This document shows, one piece after another, positions 9,094-19,168 of a stretch of DNA of 64,000 nucleotides. The notes beneath the pieces are model-generated. The model made no database searches, was not told the origin of the DNA, and saw only the letters and a list, made by a program, of their open reading frames with translations. The stretch's first letter is position 1; every line of letters starts with the position of its first letter. The DNA comes from Nitrosopumilus sp. Lineage in GTDB: Archaea > Thermoproteota > Nitrososphaeria > Nitrososphaerales > Nitrosopumilaceae. The translations under genes and the position numbers were made by a program. The stretch covers positions 2,336,001 to 2,400,000 of the forward strand of contig OZ244651.1 of assembly GCA_965218695.1 (NCBI GenBank), written 5' to 3'.

Positions 9094-9722
9094 GCAGTAT
9101 ACGGTACGGAAGGATCAACATTAGGGTACTGCTTACTTATTTTAGAGTCTGCCATCAACTTTACTTTATCAAGCAGGACAGAGGACTCCCTGCCGGACTG
9201 CTCAAAGTCAAACCTTACCCTTGTGAGGGCAGCAGAATCAAGTATGATGCTGCCCATGTAGATTGAGAGTTTGGAGAGGTTCTGGCTGCAGTCAGGGGCC
9301 ATCCTGTGCAGTCCCGCGCTGACTGTACGGATTACAGGGACAAGCGGCGAGAGGATTCCGGGAATCATGCCCACATCAGATGCCCTCTGCATCCTCATCC
9401 TGACCAGAAGCAATGCCTCCAGAGAGAATACGGCAGTCCGTTCCCGCTCAACAGAGTCTGCATGGCTCCAGTTAAAGTCGTCAGGATCGCATGCGATGTT
9501 CCGGTTTGAACTTCTGATTTCTGCCGTCCTCTGCTCCAGAATACAAACAGTCTCATCCAAGAGGCCGGCACAGTATTCCAGCCTTGGGACAAGCGTTACA
9601 GAGTGTGGTGTTGCATCAGAGAGGGGCGGCCTGCCGGGTGTATCTTTTATCAGCATACAACTAGATGACGTAGATTTTGTATTTGAGGGGCCTGTATCAG
9701 AGAGCATAGTAACCATGGTCAC
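9090..9722 (-). CDS. Divergent ESCRT-III/CdvB-like (Snf7) paralogue
   Basis: LEALLLVRMRMQRASDVG..LSPLVPVIRTV..MAPD..LSKLS..MGSIILDS and C-terminal LLDKVKLMADSKISKQYP follow the CdvB pattern; lies two genes from cdvC. Confidence 0.6.
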   Translation of the reverse strand: MTMVTMLSDTGPSNTKSTSSSCMLIKDTPGRPPLSDATPHSVTLVPRLEYCAGLLDETVCILEQRTAEIRSSNRNIACDPDDFNWSHADSVERERTAVFSLEALLLVRMRMQRASDVGMIPGILSPLVPVIRTVSAGLHRMAPDCSQNLSKLSIYMGSIILDSAALTRVRFDFEQSGRESSVLLDKVKLMADSKISKQYPNVDPSVPYTA

Positions 9723-9815
9723 ACCACGCCGCAGGTACAGTTTTAAATTTTTTTAAGCACATGTGTAAAGGAATTTAGCTTTTGATCTTACCTAATAACA
9801 AGTCCATGATGGTAT

Positions 9816-10976
9816 ATGACAAACGAGCACGCGCTGACCATAAGCCTAGAGGAGTTCGGGCTGAGCAAGTATGAGGCCCAGGCATATGTCACCCTGATCA
9901 CCAAGGGGACGATCGCTGCAAGCGAGCTTGCATACTATTCTGAGATTCCAAGGACGAAGATCTACCCGACCCTGCTCAAGCTGGAAAAGAAAAAGCTCGT
10001 AATCGTCTCACAGACAAAACCCATCACGTGCACGCCGATAGCACCTGAGGACGCCTTTGATGAGATCATTCATGAGCAGATCAACAAGGTAAACGCGATG
10101 AACTCGCTCATATTCAACCTGAAAAAGGCAAGCGAGGAGAGCAGAAGATCAAGGGGTTCCGAGGAGAGAAGGTACGTGCAGCTCAGCTCAGGCAACGTAC
10201 TGGTGCAGCTCCAGAACATGATCGACGGCGCAAAGTCATCGATCAGGATAATGGCAGACCAGTGCGGCCTGGAGTTTCTTGCCGAGTGCAGGGACAGGAT
10301 GCTGTCGGCACTGCGGAGGAACGTCGGGATCAGCGTCATAATCCCCCCCACGCACATAGGCTCAAAACCATTCAAGGTAATACCTGACGGGGTGGACATA
10401 AGAGCCTCTGAGATCACCCAGAACTGCTTCATCTTTGACGGCACCCAGCTGCTGGTAGTGGACAATACCAATGGGAGCGGTGCAATATTTTCATCGGCGG
10501 GCATTCTTGGAGGTAACCAGGAGAGAATGTTTGCAGGCGTCTGGAAGGGCGCCATACGGACCAGGGCCATGGCCGACATGACAAAGTCAGAGGCATACGA
10601 GATCTACAGGATAATCAAGATGACAAGCGATGCCGGACTGGAGTACATGCTGGACTCGGTAATGGTCTCAAAGAGACAGGACTTTGACATGCTTGAGTTT
10701 TTGGAAGAGAACGGGATACCCCTGGGATCAAGATCGATTGATGAGGTTGTGGAGATGATGGATGTGATAGTGCAGATCACATGTTCCGGACGCGTAGTCC
10801 TTGAGCCAAACGGCATGGGTGTTACAGTCGAGTCAAGGTTGAACAGCGGCCATTCCCTGCCGTGGGTCTCGGTGCTTGACAAGTGCCTGCAAAGGCAGGG
10901 TTACGGGACAAGGACCGTATTCCAGAACACTCCCCACAAGGGCGAAAGCGCCCACATCAGGATAAGCAAAAACTAA
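9816..10976 (+). CDS. TrmB-family transcriptional regulator
   Basis: LEEFGLSKYEAQAYVTL and IPRTKIYPTLLKLEKK wHTH motifs. Confidence 0.9.
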   Translation: MTNEHALTISLEEFGLSKYEAQAYVTLITKGTIAASELAYYSEIPRTKIYPTLLKLEKKKLVIVSQTKPITCTPIAPEDAFDEIIHEQINKVNAMNSLIFNLKKASEESRRSRGSEERRYVQLSSGNVLVQLQNMIDGAKSSIRIMADQCGLEFLAECRDRMLSALRRNVGISVIIPPTHIGSKPFKVIPDGVDIRASEITQNCFIFDGTQLLVVDNTNGSGAIFSSAGILGGNQERMFAGVWKGAIRTRAMADMTKSEAYEIYRIIKMTSDAGLEYMLDSVMVSKRQDFDMLEFLEENGIPLGSRSIDEVVEMMDVIVQITCSGRVVLEPNGMGVTVESRLNSGHSLPWVSVLDKCLQRQGYGTRTVFQNTPHKGESAHIRISKN

Positions 10977-11002
10977 AATCCGTCAGGGGATCCCCCACCA
11001 TC

Positions 11003-11473
11003 ATGTTGATCGAGGAGAGAATCAGGTCGCTTGGAATAGTTCTTCCCGAGCCTCCGGCGCCTGCAGGATCATACGTTCCCGCAGTCAGGACAGGGGGAGG
11101 AGACCTGCTGTACGTATCAGGGCAGATCCCAATAAAGGACGGCAGGGTACTCTTTACAGGAAAGGTTACGGACAGAAACCTCGAGGAGGCGCAGAGATCT
11201 GCAAGGATGTGCGCAGTCAGCATCCTGGCGCAGGCCAAGAGGGAGCTGGGGGATCTGGAGAAGGTATCCAGAATCGTGAGGCTTTCAGGATTCGTAAACT
11301 CGTCCCCCGAATTCTCACAGCATCCAAAGGTGATCAATCCCGCCTCGGATCTCATGGTGGAGGTATTCGGGGAGAAGAGGGGGACGCACTCAAGGATCGC
11401 AGTCGGCGTGGCAGGGCTTCCCCTGGATGCAATGACTGAGATCGATGCGATAATAGAGGTTGCAAGAGGGTAG
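11003..11473 (+). CDS. RidA/YjgF family protein
   Basis: PAPAGSYVP, LYVSGQIP, HSRIAVGV and LPLDAMTEID; probable start ATG 11003. Confidence 0.9.
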   Translation: MLIEERIRSLGIVLPEPPAPAGSYVPAVRTGGGDLLYVSGQIPIKDGRVLFTGKVTDRNLEEAQRSARMCAVSILAQAKRELGDLEKVSRIVRLSGFVNSSPEFSQHPKVINPASDLMVEVFGEKRGTHSRIAVGVAGLPLDAMTEIDAIIEVARG

Positions 11474-11723
11474 TCTCAGACAAAGCGACGGGAATCACAG
11501 GCGCATCCTGGCTGCGCCTGAATCGGGATGCGCAGATCCCAGCAGGAATGGGTCGCGGGAGGACGGTTGTGCCCCATCTGATACTTGGCCATCAGGGACA
11601 TCTGGCGTGGTTTGAGGTGGGGGCAGGAAACCCTGTGCGATACTTGACGATACAGGGGGATCGTGGCGGCATCAGAATTGAATTTGGATGTTTTTTTAAA
11701 TACATTTTGTAATTCAATAGGAC

Positions 11724-11921
11724 ATGGCTCAGGTATGCAGGGGAGTGTGCGAGCAGTTGAGGGTCACGACGTTCACAGACAAGCTGCACTACGAGAGAGG
11801 CCAGAAATGGTGCTCACGTTGTGCAAGGTTCTTTCTTGTAGACAACATCGTGTGTCCGTGTTGCAAGACAAGGCTAAGAACAAAGCCTAGGAACAAAAAG
11901 CATGATCTGCCAAGAATGTAA
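11724..11921 (+). CDS. Small Cys-rich zinc-ribbon protein
   Basis: CRGVC, CSRC, CPCC and RLRTKPR; TATA-like tttttaaata upstream. Confidence 0.8.
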   Translation: MAQVCRGVCEQLRVTTFTDKLHYERGQKWCSRCARFFLVDNIVCPCCKTRLRTKPRNKKHDLPRM

Positions 11922-12169
11922 TCATCAAAGTGGCAAATGCCAGTGCCTGTGCTGCTGTTCTGTGACGCAGATAGGGTGCCCTTGGTGCGTACTTCCTGTC
12001 CTTGGCTACAGGCAGGTCAAGAGGATAATCAGGGCGTACAGATCCAACCGGCAGGACATTCCACGGTAGGGCAATCAGTCCTGGGGGGCTGGGTCGGCAG
12101 TGCGTGTCTTGGCATGCAGTCTCCGTACACGGCGTTATCAGTTTTATACAGATGCAGCCCAAGTAGAAC

Positions 12170-12535
12170 ATGATTCCGGACTGGCTAAGTGCTGAAAAGT
12201 ACGTCTCGCTTGAGACATACAGAAAGAACGGAGAGTCTGTAAGGACGCCGGTGTGGTTCGTTTTAACAGACGAGGGCGTCCTGATCGTGACAAGGGATCA
12301 GACAGGCAAGGTAAAGCGCCTCAGGGGCAACTGCCGGGTAAGAATCGCAGCATGCACCATCAAGGGCGTGGTAACCGGGGAGTGGGTTTCAGGCACGGCT
12401 GCAATACTGGACAGTTCCCGGACAGAGGAGGCAGTAAGGCTCAGGGGGAAGAGGTATGGGTTCAGGGCAAGGATTGCAAAGTTTCTCAGCAGGGGCAGGG
12501 GGGATCCCGTGGCACTGCTAGTCAGACTGGGCTAG
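12170..12535 (+). CDS. PPOX-class F420-dependent oxidoreductase
   Basis: KYVSLETYRKNG..VRTPVWF, GKVKRLR and VRIAAC. Confidence 0.88.
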   Translation: MIPDWLSAEKYVSLETYRKNGESVRTPVWFVLTDEGVLIVTRDQTGKVKRLRGNCRVRIAACTIKGVVTGEWVSGTAAILDSSRTEEAVRLRGKRYGFRARIAKFLSRGRGDPVALLVRLG

Positions 12536-13006
12536 ACTGCGCATCATGCGCTCCCTCCTCAGCCGGTATGCTGCAAGTCCTACAAACCCATAGATGACCC
12601 CGAGTCCCGCATACGCCAGCGTCTGGCTGTGCTCTATCAGGACAGCTGAGGCGCCGGTACCCACCACGCCCGGAAGCAGCGACAGCAGGTAGAGCCACCA
12701 GCCGCAGCACCCCAGCGGAACCAGGGAAAAGAACGAGAAGAACGACGTGGCAGCCGTACTGCCGGAGTTTCCCCCAAGTGTCCTTCTTGGTTTGCCAATC
12801 CGGCATCCCATCAGCCTGCCCCATTCAGAGAGGAACACCTGAAGTCCTATTCCAACTCCCATCCCCAGTATCACAACAGAGTTTAGCTGAAAGGCTGCAC
12901 TGACTGCATCCAGTGGATCCAGTGCGGGAGTGGTGAGTATGACCACCAGAAGATAAACGGTAATGGTTGCAGCGCCGGCAAGGACTGCCTTTCTGGAAGG
13001 GCTCAG
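12518..13006 (-). CDS. Membrane protein with GCCG motif, coupled to the DUF3179 gene
   Basis: Several hydrophobic helices and PLGCCGWW. The frame stays open upstream of the listed GTG (12946) to a CTG at 13006 that overlaps the upstream TGA. Confidence 0.7.
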   Translation of the reverse strand: MSPSRKAVLAGAATITVYLLVVILTTPALDPLDAVSAAFQLNSVVILGMGVGIGLQVFLSEWGRLMGCRIGKPRRTLGGNSGSTAATSFFSFFSLVPLGCCGWWLYLLSLLPGVVGTGASAVLIEHSQTLAYAGLGVIYGFVGLAAYRLRRERMMRSLAQSD

Positions 13007-14175
13007 CTGCCATCACCATAAAGCAGGGTCTGTGGGTGAAACGCAAACCACTCAAACCAGAATCCGGGCTCTATCGACAGCCTCTGCAACTGTTCACCTT
13101 GAAGGGCACCAGATACTGCCAGCCCGTCATAGTTCCACACGGAGCCGGAGACGGTATCGGTTATGCTGCCATCTTCATGCTCAAAGTCCAGAACCCGGTC
13201 CCCCACCGTCCTTTCAAACGCGCGGGCGTTCTCCGGGAACAGAGAGACGAGCAGGACGGGGGTGCTTCCGATGGCATCATTAATGAGCGTCTCTGACTCC
13301 ACGATGCTCTGCTGATATGCCTTGGAGACATCACCCATGCTGAATCCCAAGATTATCTCCTTGGGGTGCAGCCGGTCGTCCCTGTTGTCTATGGGAAACA
13401 TCACGCGGCGATCCGTATAGTAGCTGCCATAGGGATCGACATTGTATGCGCGGCTGTGTCCCGTGTCGGTGGTAAGTACCAGGGTGTCAGGATGAAGGCC
13501 CTTCCAGTCCCCCCACGTAATCACATCAAACGGCACAGTCTCCAGCACGCGTCCGCTCAGCGGACCCTTTACTGCCATGCCGATTGCCTGGCTCCAGTAG
13601 GATTCAGTCAGCCGGTCATACATCAGAAGGTTGCTGTTGTACAATTTTCCAGAGGTGCCAAACTCCACGGTCTGTCCGTCAATGATCCTCTCAAAGACCT
13701 GGTTGGTATAGCATAACGGGCAATAGGTAACAGATACCGGGGTGCCTCCCACCTCGTCGTTTACTATCTCATGCCACACCAGGATAAAGAGCGGATACGC
13801 CCTTGCCTGGCCGTTGATCTCAAGGCCTATTACCGTGTCAGAATCTGACATGAATGCAGAGTCTGCAACCTCTGCAAACATGGGATTGTCAATGGATGGA
13901 ATGCCGTCTTTGGGAGGGCCGCCGCCTCTGATCTCCTCAAGAGGTATGGTATGCAGGACGCCGTCAGTCTCCATTATGGTTATGGCATTTTTGGCGTCGG
14001 TAGGATCCGTATCGTCTGGTGCGACTGTAGGCACAGTCTCGTCTGGTGCGACTGCAGGCACAGCATCAGGGGAGGATGCCGGGTTGCTAGCGGTAGTTTG
14101 GCTCTGAATCACGCCTGCCAGGATTACAAGTACGACGCCTGCAACAACTGCAGCTGCAACAATCTTTAGATTCAA
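13003..14175 (-). CDS. DUF3179 domain protein, membrane-anchored
   Basis: GGPPKDGIPSID, WHEIVND, TYCPLC, FGTSGKLYNSNLLMYDR and FWFEWFAFHP; 27-nt duplication in the linker (about 14012-14065). Confidence 0.9.
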   Translation of the reverse strand: MNLKIVAAAVVAGVVLVILAGVIQSQTTASNPASSPDAVPAVAPDETVPTVAPDDTDPTDAKNAITIMETDGVLHTIPLEEIRGGGPPKDGIPSIDNPMFAEVADSAFMSDSDTVIGLEINGQARAYPLFILVWHEIVNDEVGGTPVSVTYCPLCYTNQVFERIIDGQTVEFGTSGKLYNSNLLMYDRLTESYWSQAIGMAVKGPLSGRVLETVPFDVITWGDWKGLHPDTLVLTTDTGHSRAYNVDPYGSYYTDRRVMFPIDNRDDRLHPKEIILGFSMGDVSKAYQQSIVESETLINDAIGSTPVLLVSLFPENARAFERTVGDRVLDFEHEDGSITDTVSGSVWNYDGLAVSGALQGEQLQRLSIEPGFWFEWFAFHPQTLLYGDGS

Positions 14176-14256
14176 CTGATCTGTATTTGGTTCCGAATTA
14201 TTAAAAAATTATCCCAATTATGTCATCATGCACGTGACGGCAGTTCTGACAGAAAG

Positions 14257-15330
14257 TCACGCAGAATCTGCCAATCTCTTGTTCAGTTCGGTAATGAAGT
14301 TTTTTATCTTTGGTTTTGGAATGACTGCGCCGCATGCCTTGCCGTGTCCCCCTCCAGAGCCTCCAAGATCGGTGGCCAGTATGTTTACTATCTTGCCAAG
14401 ATGAAACTTGCATGACTTGGAACCGCGTACGGACACGGCGTAGATTCCATGGTCTATGCGTTCCTTGTATGCAACCCCTACGCTCTTTCCAGACAGGCCA
14501 AGCACGAAGTTGACCGCACCGCTTGCGCCTGCATCATGTATCTCCATGTATCCAAGGTTCTTCTTGGTCTTCATCTCGTCTTTTACCAGGGCAATCATAG
14601 AGGCAAGCTTCTCCACCTGAATCTGCGCAAACTCAAACGCGTTTGGTATCTGGTGCGGAAACTTGGATTCTGCCAGTTCGTCTACAAGGTACAGCAGATA
14701 GTCGGGATCCTTTTGGTGTCCCACGATATTGTACGTCAGCACTGTAGCATTAATCAGTGCAAACTGCCTGTCATAGATTTGAAGCAGGCTTGAGCCTATT
14801 GGCTTGTCCTCCATGTAGTCTGTAATTGCAGCGCATGCTGCAACAAAGGAGGCATGATCATCAAGTTTGGACTTGAATGCAGAATAAACCTGGACTGCCG
14901 TGCATTCGTCGATGTCATGGATCATCTTGACTTTGATCTTCTGCAGGGCAGCAACAACGCCCGGATCTATGTCATGATGGTCAATGTATGTCACTGATAC
15001 CCTGCGCTTTCGAAGAGTGGTCATGATTTCGACGAATTCGTCCTGCGTCTTCTTGCTGAGGCCCAGATCACAGATGTACAGCGACTTGAGCTCCTTGTCT
15101 TGGACAATCTGCTGCAGTGCCTCCATCTGTCCCGGATAGTCAACCAGAATGGAGTCGCCGCCAAAGGCCTGCCTTATCAGCGCAGCAGAACTGATGCCGT
15201 CGGCATCCTCCTTGTGGGAGATACATACTATTCTGGTCTTTTGGACGGCAGACCTCTTCTTTACGGTGGCAATATCAGCAGTTGCTACGTTGGTTGAATT
15301 TCGGGCAGTCTTCTTAGAAGTGCTAGACAT
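14257..15330 (-). CDS. DHH/DHHA1 family phosphoesterase
   Basis: SHKEDADG, ICDLG, YIDHH and C-terminal GGSGGGH..ACGA. Confidence 0.9.
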   Translation of the reverse strand: MSSTSKKTARNSTNVATADIATVKKRSAVQKTRIVCISHKEDADGISSAALIRQAFGGDSILVDYPGQMEALQQIVQDKELKSLYICDLGLSKKTQDEFVEIMTTLRKRRVSVTYIDHHDIDPGVVAALQKIKVKMIHDIDECTAVQVYSAFKSKLDDHASFVAACAAITDYMEDKPIGSSLLQIYDRQFALINATVLTYNIVGHQKDPDYLLYLVDELAESKFPHQIPNAFEFAQIQVEKLASMIALVKDEMKTKKNLGYMEIHDAGASGAVNFVLGLSGKSVGVAYKERIDHGIYAVSVRGSKSCKFHLGKIVNILATDLGGSGGGHGKACGAVIPKPKIKNFITELNKRLADSA

Positions 15331-15683
15331 GGTCTATCCACCGTAACGGAATTTACGCCCTCATTTAAATGAAGGAAGGATGGCATGGTAGAGTGCAATC
15401 GGGGTGGTTTAAAAAAGCCAAACTTGCACGATGCCTGCGGTCAGGGCGAATTACGCGTGGGACTGTTTTGACGGGATCAGTATTATCGGCGAGGCACGGT
15501 GGCAGCCAACAGGATGTGATCATCTCATGCAAGAATCGCCTGAATAATTGAATTTTATTGGTTTCTAAATCCACAGTCGCCACCGGACATTTTATCTTCA
15601 GGCCAGACAATTACTGTAAATTAGATTCTGCTGCCACATACATGAGTACGACGCAGAAAGTCCGTCTCTCCCATGCATGTCTG

Positions 15684-15872
15684 CTATTTTCCAAATGATT
15701 CTTTGATGTTGTGGCTGATCAGCGAATCAGAGTCAACATATATGCCATAAAGGGATATGCCATCCATCTGTGTTTGGTAGTCGACCCTCTGAATCCTTTT
15801 CAGTTCGTCAGGAGACGCCTTTAATATCAGATCGTCAAGGGTTTGCAAGCGTCGCCGTTCTATTGGTGTCAT
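15684..15872 (-). CDS. Small hypothetical protein
   Basis: 62-aa ORF with a TATA-like ttataa about 20-25 bp upstream; protein-like composition. Confidence 0.6.
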   Translation of the reverse strand: MTPIERRRLQTLDDLILKASPDELKRIQRVDYQTQMDGISLYGIYVDSDSLISHNIKESFGK

Positions 15873-16338
15873 TTAATTTTTGATCAAAAGTTATAATTTA
15901 TGATTAAAGATTGTCATGTTAGACTAAATACTAAATTTATATGCATAATTCTCACGAAAAATACACGCCTGGATTGTATGTTTGGAGCATGTCACTAGGC
16001 AGAAAAAATCCTGGTAAAATCGAACCGGGCAGTTTGGGAGGAACGCAGGCAGGTAGTGAAATGCCCTTGCACGCATGGCTTGTAAAATAGATGCTGGCGG
16101 CGTCTGCCTGGAATCAGGCATGCTTTCAGATATGCCGGCATGAGAAGGGATGCCTCCAAGAGGCAGCAGGCTGCAGGATTCCACGCAATACAGCCCCGGC
16201 CTCCTTCAAAATCACGCATCATCTTGTGCAGAATCCATCATTCCATGCCTAGACACGGCCGGACACATGCTACCGACCAAAACTGGTACCGGCACGCATC
16301 GGTGAAGGTATAATAAGCATTTTGTCCACTTTTCTGGT

Positions 16339-17502
16339 ATGGAGACTAAGAACATAGGGCTGCGTGGAATCGAGGTTGCAGACACTAGGATCTCAAACAT
16401 CGACGGGGAGAACGGCAGGCTCATCTACAGGGGATACGACATTGTGGAGCTTACAAAAAAATCGACATTTGAGGAGACAGCATACCTTCTTCTTTATGAC
16501 GAGCTGCCAACAAGGCAGCAGTTGGAAAAATTTAGCAGAAAGCTGGTTGATGCCAGGTACATCCCAAAACAGATGCAAAAGAACATGGGGAACTGGAGAA
16601 AGGACGCAGACCCCATGGATATGCTTCAGGCGTTTGTGGCAGCACTTGCAGGATACTATGACGAGGAGTTTTCAAACAAGAGTGCAAGCTATGACAGGGC
16701 AATCAACCTCATTGCAAAGGTGCCTACCATCATAGCAAGCTGGCAGAGAATCAGGAACAGCTTGAGCATTGTGGATCCGGACCCGAAGCTTGGCCATGCT
16801 GCAAACTTTTTGTACATGATGTCAGGTAAAAAGCCAGATCCAGACGTCGAGAAGATCTTTGACGTGTGTCTGATTCTTCATGCAGACCACACGTTCAATG
16901 CATCCACGTTTACGGCAAGGCAGGTTGCATCAACAAGGGCGCACATGTATTCTGCGTCAAGCTCGGCAATAGGGGCACTAAGCGGCGAGCTTCATGGAGG
17001 GGCAAACACGGAGGTCATGAAGATGCTGATGGATATTGGCAGCATAGAAAAGGCAGAAGGCTGGATCAAAGAAGAGATGGGCAAGGGCAACAGAATCATG
17101 GGAATGGGGCATGCGGTGTACAGGACGTATGATCCCAGGGCGCAGATTCTAAAGGAACTCTCAAGAAGCCTTGCAAAGAAGACAGGCCAGCCATGGTTTG
17201 ACATTACTGAAAAAGTCGAGACGACTACCATATCCGAGATGAAGTCAAGTAAGGGCAGGGACATCTACCCCAATGTGGATTTGTACAGTGCATCAGTCTA
17301 CTATATGCTGAACATTCCAGTAGACATGAACACTCCAATCTTTGCAATCTCCAGGGTTGTAGGATGGGCCGCGCATATAATCGAGGAAAAATTTGCAGAG
17401 GCGGCTCCAAGGCCTGCATTGTACAGGCCAAAGGCAACGTATGTCGGAAAGTATTGCGGACCAGATGGCTGCGAATACAAGACATTGGATTTGAGAAGAT
17501 GA
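16339..17502 (+). CDS. gltA: Citrate synthase
   Basis: LIYRGYDI, LHADHTFNAST, LHGGAN, MGMGHAVY and YPNVDLYS. Confidence 0.96.
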   Translation: METKNIGLRGIEVADTRISNIDGENGRLIYRGYDIVELTKKSTFEETAYLLLYDELPTRQQLEKFSRKLVDARYIPKQMQKNMGNWRKDADPMDMLQAFVAALAGYYDEEFSNKSASYDRAINLIAKVPTIIASWQRIRNSLSIVDPDPKLGHAANFLYMMSGKKPDPDVEKIFDVCLILHADHTFNASTFTARQVASTRAHMYSASSSAIGALSGELHGGANTEVMKMLMDIGSIEKAEGWIKEEMGKGNRIMGMGHAVYRTYDPRAQILKELSRSLAKKTGQPWFDITEKVETTTISEMKSSKGRDIYPNVDLYSASVYYMLNIPVDMNTPIFAISRVVGWAAHIIEEKFAEAAPRPALYRPKATYVGKYCGPDGCEYKTLDLRR

Positions 17503-17956
17503 TTCCCCGGCGGATCTTGTGTTCTGACACCACGCACACGTGCCTGCAGAGTTGACCGGCGATATTTGGAGACGCCCGATGGGCAGACATGTCTGTGGAG
17601 GGATTTTTCCCGGGTGTGATGAGATCATTTCTGCTGCAGCATCCCGGATTTCAGGCACGGCTGCTTTGGATCCATTCTGCAGACCGGGCACGCAGCAGAC
17701 ATGAAAAACGAATGATATTTTGCCGCCAAAACCAATCCAAATCAGCTGAAATTTGTCAAATATCGTGGAAGTGATGCAGCTGGCAGGGCACCACGGTCAC
17801 AAATTTAATCATTTTATCAGGATTTGTGCGCGGCATAGTGCTGGACATATTGCTTTACTCATTTGATAGTGAGGATTTGTGGGCAAACGTGACCAAAAAA
17901 CTTTGATCCTAGAACATGCTGAAAATCGGTGTGATATTTTCAAAGGGGCTGTGCAA

Positions 17957-19051
17957 TAGTGACGCGCAAAAGTTTTGACAAATTCTGCCCGAAAACTATG
18001 TAGATCCGTGGTCCTTGAACGCAGCATGGACGAAACAAAACAGGAAGAACTCGAAAAGGCGTACAAAAAGGAAAAAGACGGCAGGGTGCGTGTCAGAATG
18101 CTTGCAGTGCACATGGTACACGTGCGCAAGATGAGCATAAGCGATGCCGCAGACATTCTCTTGCAGGCTGACCGGTGGGTATACCGCTGGATGCGCAGAT
18201 ACGAGGAAGGAGGCCTCGAAGGCCTCCGGGATCTTCCCAGATCCGGCAGGCCGCCCAAGATTTCGCCGGAAGCGATGGACGGCATACTGGACAAGGTAGT
18301 GGACCGGTTCAAGACCACTCCTGCCGAACTGCAGCAGGTCATACACAGGGAAACGGGAACAAAGATGCACAGAACGAATATCAGGAAAATCATGCAAAAA
18401 TACGGCCTGTCTCCCAAGGGGTCGCAAAGGATCCACATCAACAGGGCCACCAAAACGGCCGTAAAAAGCTGGCAATATCGCCTCAAAAAGAGAATTTCAC
18501 GCCTAGAAAAGGACGATTTTGTCCCAGTCGTGGAAGACGAGGCGTTCTTCATACACGACGTAAAATCGGGTCGCAAGTATTGGTCGCCTGTGGGGGTGCC
18601 AATAACCGTGCCATATACGGGAAGCCACAAAAGAATCGCCGTGTACGGTTCAGTCACGACCGATGGCAGGCAGTTCTTCAGGACTGCCAGCGGGTTCAAC
18701 GCGCCCACATTTGTTGCGTACCTCAAGGCCCTGCAGAGGCATTTTGGGAAGGTGGCCGTCATGGTGGACAGGGCGTCCCCGCACCGCGCAAAAGCCGTCC
18801 GGACGCTGCTGCGCGAGAACAAGAACATCAAGATCATATACCTGCCAAAAGGCTCGCCGTATCTCAACGCCGTGGAAGAATGCTGGCACCAAGGAAAACG
18901 GAACCTGCTTGTCTCAGAATACTACAAAACCTTCTTGGACATGCACAGTGCCGTCTCCCAGTATTATCGAACTGCAAGATTCAATCTGGATTTGTTCAAA
19001 TTCCTTAACAGAAAAGCCGAATTATTTTGCAGGAACTTTTGATCGCCACTA
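17957..19051 (+). mobile_element. IS630-family element 1
   Basis: Imperfect TIRs TAGTGACGCGCAAAAGTT and (revcomp) TAGTGGCGATCAAAAGTT, with TA at both ends. Confidence 0.88.
18026..19042 (+). CDS. IS630 transposase
   Basis: HTH with DLPRSGRPPK; DDE motifs EDEAFF, VDRASPH and SPYLNAVEECW. Confidence 0.93.
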   Translation: MDETKQEELEKAYKKEKDGRVRVRMLAVHMVHVRKMSISDAADILLQADRWVYRWMRRYEEGGLEGLRDLPRSGRPPKISPEAMDGILDKVVDRFKTTPAELQQVIHRETGTKMHRTNIRKIMQKYGLSPKGSQRIHINRATKTAVKSWQYRLKKRISRLEKDDFVPVVEDEAFFIHDVKSGRKYWSPVGVPITVPYTGSHKRIAVYGSVTTDGRQFFRTASGFNAPTFVAYLKALQRHFGKVAVMVDRASPHRAKAVRTLLRENKNIKIIYLPKGSPYLNAVEECWHQGKRNLLVSEYYKTFLDMHSAVSQYYRTARFNLDLFKFLNRKAELFCRNF

Positions 19052-19168
19052 AAGAATGACAGGCTGCCCAAGGGCGACGGGTTCCTGCAGGATACGAGCC
19101 AAGGGGAGATCCTCCAGACGATCGGCCAGACGCAATCCGGCAAGGCGCGAGACATGCTGTCTGCGTGT

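Noticed and set aside
15521-15650. Possible MITE resembling the IS5-type TIR (catctcatgcaagaatcgcctga)
   Set aside because: One-sided, gapped similarity with no convincing partner end or TSD.
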